Position numbers and translations under genes: made by a program
In this document: positions 10,890 through 20,000 of the stretch, piece by piece
Layout: the number at the start of each line of letters is the position of its first letter
Position numbering within the stretch: position 1 is the stretch's first letter
The notes under the pieces: generated by a model
What the model was told of the DNA's origin: nothing
Seen by the model: only the letters and a program-made list of their open reading frames with translations
Databases searched by the model: none
NCBI GenBank assembly: GCA_000934665.2
Contig: JYFJ02001506.1
Coordinates: 58,676 to 78,675, forward strand
Direction: 5' to 3'
Origin: Catajapyx aquilonaris
Taxonomy: Eukaryota
DNA length: 20,000 nucleotides

Positions 10890-10951
<62 letters not shown>
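10855..10951 (+). repeat. (TTA)n microsatellite, probably the tail of a truncated retroposon, in the Rh 3' region
   Basis: (TTA)n at 10881-10951 is preceded by aacagaggcggtgcaatactcct, similar to aacaaaggcccgtgcaatacctcct near the 3' end of the 4972-5383 SINE. Confidence 0.8.
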
Positions 10952-11226
10952 GCAGGTATGACAGTAAAACCTTATAATGGAACATGGCCAAAACTTGGTA
11001 ATTACAGAAAAATTGAATGTAACAAAGCAATTTAACTGCATTGCTATAGTTACCACTTAATACAAAAAATGCACTAACAATTTAATTTTAAAAAAAACAT
11101 TGTGCATCATTTATGCTTCATTTTGTTATTGTGGCAATTCTCACTTGTATTTCTTATGGAAAAGTGGCCACAATATTATTCGCATGTTAGTATGTTACAT
11201 AATAATAGGTCTTATATATATTTTAA

Positions 11227-11232
11227 AATAAA
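11227..11232 (+). terminator. candidate polyadenylation signal of the Rh gene
   Basis: AATAAA ~900 nt after the stop; an alternative AATAAA lies at 10832-10837. Confidence 0.4.
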
Positions 11233-11253
11233 CATGCTGTTATGAACATTTAA

Positions 11254-11362
11254 GGGTGGGATTTTACGCCCCACTGCTAGTTACTGCTAACTTAGCAGTA
11301 CAAGTGTTGGTCATGGCATTGCTAAGTTAGCAGTAACTAACAGAGTAACAAAAATTCCACCC
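11254..11362. mobile_element. PIF/Harbinger (Tourist-like) MITE
   Basis: TAA|gggtgggatttt ... aaaattccaccc|TAA, i.e. a TAA TSD and GGG-starting TIRs, plus an internal 26-bp inverted repeat ctgctagttactgctaacttagcagt. Confidence 0.8.
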
Positions 11363-11382
11363 TAAATCTTTATACACCTTAA

Positions 11383-11590
11383 GCAACGTTTACACGTGAG
11401 CGATTTGACGAGTGAAGTCTTCGCCGAGCGATAATATCGCTGTGAGTAACCAGAGTATCCAATATTGTTTGAGGTGAAAGTAACAATCGATTTTCGCCTC
11501 GAACAATACTTACTGGTTACTCACGTTACTCAGCGATGTTATCGCTTGGCAAAGACTTCACTCATCATATTGGTCACATGTAAACACAGC
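11383..11590. mobile_element. palindromic MITE, possibly Harbinger-like
   Basis: gtttacacgtgagcgatttgacgagtgaagtcttcgccgagcgataatatcgctg pairs with ~11531-11585. Inner gtgagtaaccag/ctggttactcac and attgtttgaggtgaaa/tttcgcctcgaacaat also pair. Left flank is TAA. Confidence 0.78.
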
Positions 11591-11606
11591 TATAGCTGTA
11601 ACATTT

Positions 11607-11717
11607 ATGTACTGTATCGTTCAAAAACATAGAGACGATTTTGCATTTGATTCAAGTGCAGGCTGCACTTGAGTCATATGCAAAATCGTCTCTATGTTTT
11701 TGAGCGATATAGTACAT
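11607..11717. mobile_element. fully palindromic 111-bp MITE (TA-flanked core, Tc1/mariner-like)
   Basis: 55-bp arms 11607-11661 and 11663-11717 match at 51/55 with a 1-nt centre; a second, deleted copy is at 9361. Confidence 0.82.
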
Positions 11718-12342
11718 GAGGCATGTGACCCGATTCATTGCATGGTAATCCTGCAGTTCAACATACTGGGTGGTCAGTAACTTGTCCACAATAGGTGTTG
11801 GGAGGGAAGTGATTCCTCGTGATTCTGCTTTACAACCACAACGTTCCACTTCTGTTTGGTTGTGACACAACATAAAGAGTGTTCCATGTCATTAGAAATT
11901 TTGATGTCATACTCCATGTGAAGCATCAGGAATATCCTACTGGTTATAGACTCTCAACCATCGCAGATGGTACTGGTAGGTGGTAGCTAAGTGACCTAAT
12001 CTGTGTATTTCTCTATCATTTACGTGGGGCCCTAATGAAATCTTAAACATCTCAACATGCTGTAATGAAATCTTTTCAGTCAAAAACTTAGCAGAGCATT
12101 TTAGTCATGAAATAGATCAATGACTATGCTACCTGCCCATTAAAACGAGTTACTGACCACCTTCTACAAGGTCCCTAATGCAAAAATAGTCATGAACAGT
12201 GGAATAGCCATGAGACCAAGGTTTGCATCAGTATTTGTCCAGGTTATTACAAGACAATACGTCAGTCAGGTATCTTTATTCTGAGAGTTTTGTTGATAAA
12301 TTCCCTTGATTACAAGAAGTTTCAAATCAGTTATTTGCTTAC

Positions 12343-13198
12343 TCAAAAGTCAACATTAAAAGGGCTTTGCAGGTTGTATCTGGATACCTGAAATGCAAAA
12401 CGATCAGACCCATTTTGGTCAAAATTGAAATAAACATAGTTTACAGAGTCCTTGACAAGTACTTCCTGATGGTAAAGTCTGCAATTACTATTATGGTTCC
12501 CAAAAGTTTTGAAATAAGGAATTTCATGAGAGGTATTGCAATAACCCTATAATACATCTAAATCATTGATTGTGACTCTGATCATTCTGCATTTGTAGGC
12601 TTCACATATATTTCCTGGCAAGTTATTAGTCCTCATATGGTAAAAGGGATTAACCCATATATGTCCACATATCGAGTCATAAATAAAGCATCACATTATA
12701 CATGAAACTGCTATGTTTTATTTGTTCATTCTCGGGTAGCTTGTCTAATTTATACTGTGTCTCTCCATTTAGCTCACACCCATAACAATGGAAATCTCAC
12801 AAACACTCTTTTTCTCTTGCTCCTGTCACTTGACCTGCATGTGTAACAATGAAACATTGATGGAAATTTCATTTCATGGGCTTTCCAATGGTAACAATAA
12901 ACCATTCATCAAATATTTAGGTGAAGCAACTGAGGCAAGCACTCATAAAATTTTACAGATATGGATGCGAGTTAAATTTTAAAGCACACTGTATATGCCT
13001 CTGAGAGCAAAATATTACCTGGAAATAGACATGAACTTCAGTAGAGTACTATACAGGGCCTAGGGTAAAACCTGGAACTTGTTTAAGATATCAGCATCTA
13101 CACTGTTGGTTAATGCTTCTACCATGTGAGGAACAACATACAACTTGCTTGAAGTATGAAATAAATGGTGTCATCAACATGCACTCCTCATTTGAGAC
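12343..13198 (-). pseudogene. possible decayed spliced coding sequence or spliced non-coding transcript of unknown family
   Basis: Exon-like minus-strand blocks with AG/GT boundaries and long frames broken by one or a few TGA/TAG codons; no family recognised. Confidence 0.25.
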
Positions 13199-13639
13199 CT
13201 GTTCTCATGACAGACAAGTAAGCATGCTTAAAACCCAGCATTAATCTGGTGCCACACCAAATCTAAACACTGCATACTGGCAAGTATGGCAAGAAAATGA
13301 CACTGAATGTGAACACAAGAAGCTGCTATCCTGTTCTTCTCTCTGCGCCCTACAAGTACAAGAATCTGACACTCTGATGGACCCCAGATCCTATTATAAT
13401 CCCATGGAAATAAATGATAATTTGGCAGTCTACAGCTTAAAACCCCCTTAGTTATATAGACTATTATTAAACGTCCTACAAAAATATAGTTTGTCCCCAG
13501 TTCCCACCTTTTTGCAGTCCCTTCACTCCGGCTCGTCCTGCATTTCCCATGTGGCTGCGCAGTGCATGGCAGGCCAATCATGCCTCTTACCCTAAAATTT
13601 TTGTACTGTGAATGGGCTAGATTCACCAACAATTTTGAA

Positions 13640-14050
13640 CGCCAAAATCTCCCTTCAAAGCCACAGATGTTAGGGCGAAGAGCAGCTCGCTGCCAAAGAA
13701 GGGAGACTTGGATGGTACATGCCGAATAGTTGCCGCCAAGTGAGGGGTCGTCCGAATTAACGCGTGAGCATGTGGGCTCATCCGAAACTCGCAATGAAGG
13801 AGACATCCGACGACGCCTCCGACGCCATGTACTTTTAAATGGAGAAACAAGTTGTGTTGGGTGCTGCTATAAATATCTGTGTTGTGTACCTGTTCGGTGA
13901 GTTTAATAATTAAGCTTACATCTGTGACAATGTCTCTGCTTCTCCTGTGTCAGTTGGCACTCCTGAGGGCCCCAAAATTTCGCGAGACCAATATTGTGCT
14001 GTTGTCATAGGAACTTATCAAGTATTGTTCGTCTGTGAGGTCGCGGAGCA
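13640..14050. promoter_or_regulatory. CpG-rich putative promoter/first exon region of the F-box/LRR gene
   Basis: Local cluster of CpGs inside CpG-poor flanks, with a strong + strand donor ttcg|gtgagt at 13897. Confidence 0.45.
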
Positions 14051-14330
14051 GAAGTTCCATTAGTTTCACAGCTTACTTAAAATAAGATAATAAGGTGACT
14101 AGGTGAGGTGCTGCAAGCACACCATGGTTTAATCCTCCTACTGTTCACGCAAAATTAGAAATGATGGGGTACGATCTCTGTCACACTGATCTATTGCTAC
14201 TCCTACTGGTACTGATACACCTACTCCTGCTCCTCCTGTCGGCCTACTAGTAAGTGTGGTAATCCATGAGAATGCTTGTGATGGTTGTATATATCCTCTC
14301 ACATGCAAAAGGGCACACATATACTGTACA

Positions 14331-14549
14331 CAGGGTGTTCCAAGCATAACAGTCGCCTTCGTTATGGGAAATTTGGCTGGAATTTGTCACTTTTTTATAG
14401 CTTGTTGTGCCCCGATCCAGGTGTTCTATTATATGTAGCAAAACTAAAAGCTACACCTGGATCAGAGCGCAACAAGCTATAAAATAACTACCGTACTTCA
14501 GGCGATATTAGCGATAACTAAAGACATCCCCGATACTTGTAACTCCCTG
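14331..14549. mobile_element. Tc1/mariner-like MITE (CAGGG termini) with internal hairpin
   Basis: Termini cagggtgttccaag and cttgtaactccctg|TA; internal inverted repeat 14393-14424 vs 14453-14484 (29/32). Confidence 0.7.
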
Positions 14550-14616
14550 TATGTACAGTACACATATATACAAAATACTTGTATGCTATGAATGTACTTA
14601 TTCGCTTGTGTTTCAG

Positions 14617-14770
14617 TGGTGTACGTGAGTGCAGAGGGAAGTGTGGAGCTTCATTAAATAGGGCAAAAGGATGCCAGAGGAATAAGACTGATTGTGATGG
14701 TGTGGAGTCTCAAGACAGTGGCAACACTCAGGCTGCAGGCTTACTTGCATATGAGGTTGCTGCCAAAAAA
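14617..14770 (+). CDS. probable upstream coding exon of the F-box/LRR gene
   Basis: Acceptor gtgtttcag| at 14616, open frame GVRECRGKC...AYEVAAKK, and phase-0 donor AAA|gtaaga at 14771. A 64-bp intron joins it in frame to 14835. The true start codon was not identified (an in-frame ATG lies at 14588 if this region is unspliced). Confidence 0.55.
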
Positions 14771-14834
14771 GTAAGATCAAAGATTCTGTAACAGTGATAT
14801 ATACTTCAAATTCTAGCTATATGCATAATTTCAG

Positions 14835-15234
14835 GAGGTCACCACTATTTATGACCTTTCCGCAAAGACCATGATCAAAGTATTCTCATATCTCAAGAAA
14901 GATGACCTGATGCTGAGGGTTGCCTGTGTTTGCAAGGACTGGCAGATTTTGACAGAAAGCCCTGTTCTCTGGCAGAGTGCCAAGTTAAGTGGCAGATACA
15001 TGACTGCATGCAAAGCCCTAGATTTGGTCAGTAATATGACCCAGCTGAAACAGCTGGAGTTGGTGGATTGGTGGTCAGAAGGAGTAGATGAGATCCTGGA
15101 CGCAGTGTGGACTTTTTCACCTGATGTAGAAGTCCTGCGCTTGACCAAAATTGGCGCTGTGCGGGATTCCACGTTACAAATGTTTGCGCAAACATGCTCC
15201 TGCCTCAAGGAAGTCCACATTGTTTCTGTGTTTG
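14835..15234 (+). CDS. F-box/LRR-repeat protein (FBXL-type SCF substrate adaptor), F-box exon
   Basis: Acceptor atttcag|GAG. F-box motif IYDLSAKTMIKVFSYLKKDDLMLRVACVCKDWQILTESPVLW, then LRRs (LKQLEL, VEVLRL, CSCLKEVHI). Donor G|gtaagt at 15235 (phase 1). Confidence 0.9.
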
Positions 15235-15340
15235 GTAAGTGGGTTTATGAGAAAGACATGCAAAGGAATATGTCGTGATGTAAAGCGTCCTTAGCAATTT
15301 TTGGTAGCCAGTAGTAGGACACCAATAGTAAAAAAAAACA

Positions 15341-17715
15341 CAGTTTGTGATAGAAGCATGAAGTTTGTCACTTTCGTTCACTAAAAATATGCTGATCAAA
15401 ATGTGATGTAGTGCCACCTCGAACTGAGACCGGAAATGGCCGCCATTTTGAAAAATGGGGGCTTAAAAACAGTTTTTTAATTTTATCTTTTTAACAGTTC
15501 TTTTGATGGACAAATATTTAAAATGAAACTTAAAGAGAATTATGTATTGCTTCGAAAAGTACACTATCAATATTATGATAACTAACCGTTCAGCCAGAAT
15601 CGAGCGGACGATATCAATTATTACCTTCGTCTGGATTAAATAGCACAGGAAGAATTGTTCAAAAATTCCATGCTGCTGTAATTTTAATGATAATTTTGAT
15701 CTGTTTGTGGGAGGTTGTTAAGGACGAGAAGAAGTTACAAAATCAACTTGTCACCATGATTTTAGCTACCTATTACAACCGCCATCTTGGAAAACTGGTG
15801 GCAAAAACAGGTATTTTTGAGTTATTTTTTGATCAGTTAATATTATCAAAAGACGACTCAGACAAAAGTTAAAGAGCATCAGATTTACAGTAAATATGTA
15901 GGCTACTTATCAATGTTTTGATAAGTGTAACCATTCAGCTGAAATTCATGATGAAGATTTTTCCTATCACAGGAAATGTCTAGTAGAGCATAAGAAACAT
16001 ATTTTAAAATGGTGTAATACATATTTCAAGTTATTAATTGCTTTCTGCTGACTATTAGGCAACTTATCAAAAGTGATCTCAAAAGTTAACAGAACAACCT
16101 GGTTGTTTGCAGTTCACACCCTTTAACAAAAAATATGTCAATATACGTACACTCGTAAATGGACCAGATATTTATTACGCCGGGCAATTCTTGTGTTACA
16201 AAACTTTACCTTGTTTCCAGGGTTTCTTCCTCTTAAGAAACATCGATGTATAAGAAATTCAGTTTTATTATAATCATTTTTGTTCATATTAGTTTACAAG
16301 AAATAATATACATACTGTATAGTAAGCTATGCAGTTGTAGTTCTATCCTGCATACAGGAGTCCTCGTCGTCCTCGTCAATCGTATGTGCATTCTACACTG
16401 GGTTTCTGCACAGTAATGATCAGATCAGAACACCATCAAGTTCAGTGCAAATGATGATGAACGTCCTTGATACAGCTTCATGCTGCAGTTTTTCAACCTT
16501 TTGTGGGTGTTTTGATCATTAACTGACCCAAGTTCACTACATTGCCTTGCCGGTGCTCTAGCCACTGACCTACCAGGGGCTGACATAATTTAATGTGATC
16601 ATTAACTGTGTTAAGAAGCAGAAACCCAGTGTAGACATTGACAATGAGGACTCCTGCACACATGCAGGAGGATAGAACTAGTACTGTACTAAAACTGAAT
16701 ATCTTATACATCGAACATACATCGAGAAACACTGGAAACAAGTTAAAGTTTTGTAACACAAGAATTGCCTGGCGTAATAAATATCTGGTCCATTTACGAG
16801 TGTACGTATATTGACATATTTTTTGTTAAAGGGTGTGAACTGCAAACAACCAGGTGGTTCTGTAAACTTTTGAGATCAATTTTGATAAGTTGCCTAATAG
16901 TCAGCAGAAAGCAATATTAATAACTTGAAGTATGTATTACACCATTTTAAAATGTTTCTTATGCTCTTCTAGACATTTCTCGTGATAGGAAAAATCTTCA
17001 TCATGAATTTCAGCTGAATGGCGACAAGTTGATTTTGCAACTTCTTGTCGTCCTGAACAACTTCCCACAAACAGATCAAAATCATGAAAATGACAGCTGC
17101 ACGGAATTTTTGAACAATTCTTCCCGGGCTAATCCAGACAAAGGTAGTAATGGATATTGTCCGCTCGATTCTGGCTGAACGGTTACAGTTATCATAATAT
17201 TGATAGTGTACTTTTCGATGCAATATTCATTTTATTTATATTATTTTCATTTTTATTTATCATACCCTGTGCTAGAGCCTTTGGCTCCCTTAGGGGGATG
17301 GATTACCACCATTGGATGGGACCAGGGATAGGGAAGGAAGGAAGTGGCTGTGGCCTATTTTTACGGAAACGACCCCGGAATTGTCCTGGGGAAAACCACA
17401 GAAAACCATGGTCAGGGTCGCCGGCCCTGGGATTCGAACCCAGGACCTCCCGATTATCAGGCAGGCTCCTTATCCCCTACACCAACCTGCTTTGGTCTTT
17501 TCGATGCAATACATAATTCTCTTTAAGTTTCATTCCAAATATTTGTCCATAAAATGAACGGTTAAAAAGATAAAATTAAAAAATCGTTTTTAAGCCCCCA
17601 TTTTTCAAAATGGCGGCCACTTCCGGTCTCAGTTCGAGGTGGCACTACATCACATTTTGATCAGCATATTTTTAGTGAACGAAAATGACAAACATCATGC
17701 TTCTAACACAAACTG
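15341..17715. mobile_element. foldback-type element: ~1.1-kb inverted arms with ~170-bp spacer, inside the F-box/LRR intron
   Basis: Left arm ~15341-16422, right arm ~16596-17715. The outer 140 bp differ at 6 positions; inner parts carry indels. The ORF track echoes this: 15687+ and 16969- translate near-identical peptides. No transposase ORF. Confidence 0.88.
17226..17496 (-). mobile_element. tRNA-derived SINE with A-rich tail and perfect 15-bp TSD
   Basis: On the - strand: A-box tggtgtagggg (17484-17474), B-box ggttcgaatcc (17440-17430), A-rich tail ~17255-17226. TSD cttttcgatgcaata at 17211-17225 and 17497-17511. The left foldback arm shows the empty site (~15545-15559). Confidence 0.92.
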
Positions 17716-18157
17716 AGCATTTTTCATCAAACTTCCATCTTTGCTACTGTACTATAGCTGTTCTTATGTCACACTCTCTTGACCCCTGCTGCTGATAATA
17801 TTACACATTGTAGTGATGGTTGCAATACAGGGCATTTCGGAAAGAATTGCCCAGTTACTTAACAAATTGTAATGTTTTGGAAATATTGAGGGTAAGCTTA
17901 TAAAGGCACTAACAAACGGCATGTAATGACAACATTGGTGATTTCATTTGGAACTTAACTTAATGTACAAGTTTCGGTTGCACGAGCTTCCAAAATGTTT
18001 GTCAGTCGAAAGGGGACCTGCCATGTGGTGCAATTTTGGTGAGTCTACCTTCATTACTTCATACAGTGTCCTAGTTTGTAATCAGTGCCCTGTACAGCAC
18101 TATTGATGTGTCAAAGAATTTATTATAAAACACTCAAAGGAAGTACTTGAATTTCAG

Positions 18158-18861
18158 GGAATCTTAGAAGGCATCCCCTAGATGTCATGTCAACACTCCC
18201 ACAGCTGGAAAGGTTTTCCTTCATGGGAGATACTAATGCAAGACCACCTGATGTATCCCTAATAAGGAACTGGCCAAAACTGAGGGAGGTGACGTTTTGG
18301 CGTCACTTCTCAGGCAACAGCGATGAGGAGTTTCAAGTAGTGGTCAACAGCATCGGGCATCAGCTTCACGTACTGGTGGCCAAGGATCTAAAAGAGCCTC
18401 AGTCGTATGAGCTCTTGGAAAAGTGCAACTCGCTGCATAGTTTGGTATTAGAATGCACTGATGGGATCAATGACGATGTGCTTCTAAGTGGGATTGGTTC
18501 CCTCACTCATCTACAAATCTTGACACTCTCCAAAGGAAGCACCATCACATCCAAGGCACTCCAGGAGTACTTTTCTAATCAAGGAGCTGTTCATGACCTA
18601 GAAATTATTGACCTAACTTTTACACCCGGCCTCACCGACCTGCATTTGTCCCTTATGTCTACAAACTGTCATCATTTAAAGTCTTTGTCCCTCAGGGGAT
18701 GCAAAAACTTCACCCTTGAAGGTCTGCTTCACATGGTTAAAAATTCCAAAAGCCTGGAAAATCTGAAACTGAAGTGGTGCTATCAGTTGGGAGAGGTAGG
18801 CGTGGTTTTTTTGGAGATCCAACAGATGCGACCACACCTGGAAGTGGACTTTTACCATTAG
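18158..18861 (+). CDS. F-box/LRR-repeat protein, terminal LRR exon
   Basis: Acceptor atttcag|GG in phase 1, in frame with 15234. Cysteine-containing (AMN1-type) LRRs: CNSLHSLVLECTDGINDDVL, LTHLQILTLSKGSTITSKAL, CHHLKSLSLRGCKNFTLEGL, SLENLKLKWCYQLG. Stop TAG 18859-18861. Confidence 0.9.
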
Positions 18862-19054
18862 AAAGTGGTATGCACCTTCTGCTTGGCAGTGGATAGTCAT
18901 CTGGCACAACTCAATGCCTGAGATAGGGGGTCCTTCTCGGGAGGTGTGACTGAGCTTGGTCAAGACAGCATCATGTACTGATGACGCAGCACTTATAGGT
19001 CACTTATGACTTATGGACTTGTTGTGGTTTGTTTATTTGTAGTGTGTAAAATTG

Positions 19055-19060
19055 AATAAA
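19055..19060 (+). terminator. candidate polyadenylation signal of the F-box/LRR gene
   Basis: AATAAA ~195 nt after the stop codon. Confidence 0.5.
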
Positions 19061-20000
19061 CTAGGAAGGAGGTGCTGCAGAGCTGCATTGGCTGGGTCAG
19101 CCCAAGTTCTTAACAGTACCAGATGCACTAAAAAATGTCAAAGATCAAAATGATGGAAATTTACTTCTGTTATTGCAGCATGCCGGCCACCCCTGGGTTA
19201 TACCTGCATGCTGGTCGACCTCGTATTATACCAGCCTGCTGCTTTAAGTGAGGTAATACGGTGTTATAATAATTGAAGACCGTGGGAGAAAAAACGATCA
19301 AACTTTGAAGACCCACCACAATTCTTGTGTACATCCCAACGTTGCTTTGAAAGTCATTATTAATGGTACATATCATGGGGTACATGCAACAATTAAAATC
19401 AATACTGTTATCAGCATTGGTCTTTATTTATCAACATCAGTACCACATGTGGCCACATAAAAATGTCGATAACCCTGGGCATGAGGCTCTGCAAATCATT
19501 GTATTTCGCTTGCGAAATTGGCAGTCACCCTGGATAGGTCTCAGGAGGCTTACCTGAAGGTGCTACATGCCTCCTCACAACAATTGACAATCACCATGAC
19601 CCATCAAAAGTATTCCTGAGAAAGATGAGCTTGGGTTGGCTTTCAAGGATCTTCCACTCTCTGCTTTTCTGAATAGGAAATGGGCATTTGGAGACATAAG
19701 AGTTTTTGTAGGTATATAATTTATACAGGGTGATCCAACTTTATGGCACCAGTAGTTATTGGAAAAATCGCGCAAGCTGCTTGTTTATAAGCAGGTCGTT
19801 GCTAAGAGATGCTTTCTGGCTCTTTCTGGAGAATCGGGAATAGCACCGGCTGATATTAGGTCCAATGCCCATGTAACAATATTAATGAGGGAAAAGAGGG
19901 TCATCCGTGGGAAACAGGCCTGTTCTGGTGTTCGCTGGAGGGTTTCACATGAGGTCACTAGCTGCCAAACCAGAGGCCTAATCCGTCAGAACTACCCGGG

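Noticed and set aside
10793..11056. Poly-Asn and poly-Ile ORFs
   Set aside because: Artefacts of the (TTA)n microsatellite.
11251..11717. CRISPR-like or attC-like hairpin array
   Set aside because: The hairpins are unrelated in sequence, there is no repeat-spacer periodicity, the context is eukaryotic, and no cas or integrase gene is present.
13228..13806. 192-aa minus-strand ORF
   Set aside because: No recognisable domain; it crosses a CpG-rich promoter-like region and AT-rich intron-like sequence, so it is probably a chance ORF.
17410..17496. tRNA gene suggested by A/B boxes
   Set aside because: No complete cloverleaf; it is followed by a SINE body, A-rich tail and TSD.
19726..20000. TA|CAGGGTG possible left end of a Tc1/mariner-type element
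   Set aside because: No matching right TIR or transposase inside the window.

Overview
Eukaryotic invertebrate genomic DNA, probably arthropod (inferred from the SINE types, 56-64 bp introns and CpG-depleted gene bodies). Two spliced + strand genes are supported. (1) A complete 6-exon Rh-type (Amt/Mep/Rh family) ammonia transporter, join(2851..3403,6660..6846,6903..7053,7114..7419,7975..8428,10173..10330), 602 aa. Its first extracellular loop is unusually long (~113 aa) and may contain an in-frame spliceable 267-nt segment. (2) An F-box/leucine-rich-repeat (FBXL-type) gene with exons 14617..14770, 14835..15234 and 18158..18861; its start codon is unresolved. The 2.9 kb last intron of the F-box gene is mostly a ~2.4 kb foldback with ~1.1 kb inverted arms, and a tRNA-derived SINE with a perfect 15-bp TSD sits in one arm. 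Non-coding DNA holds three tRNA-derived SINEs and many palindromic MITE-like elements, three of them back-to-back just after an AATAAA downstream of Rh. A possible decayed, spliced minus-strand gene lies between the two genes. No prokaryotic system, CRISPR array, intact transposase or rRNA/tRNA gene was seen.
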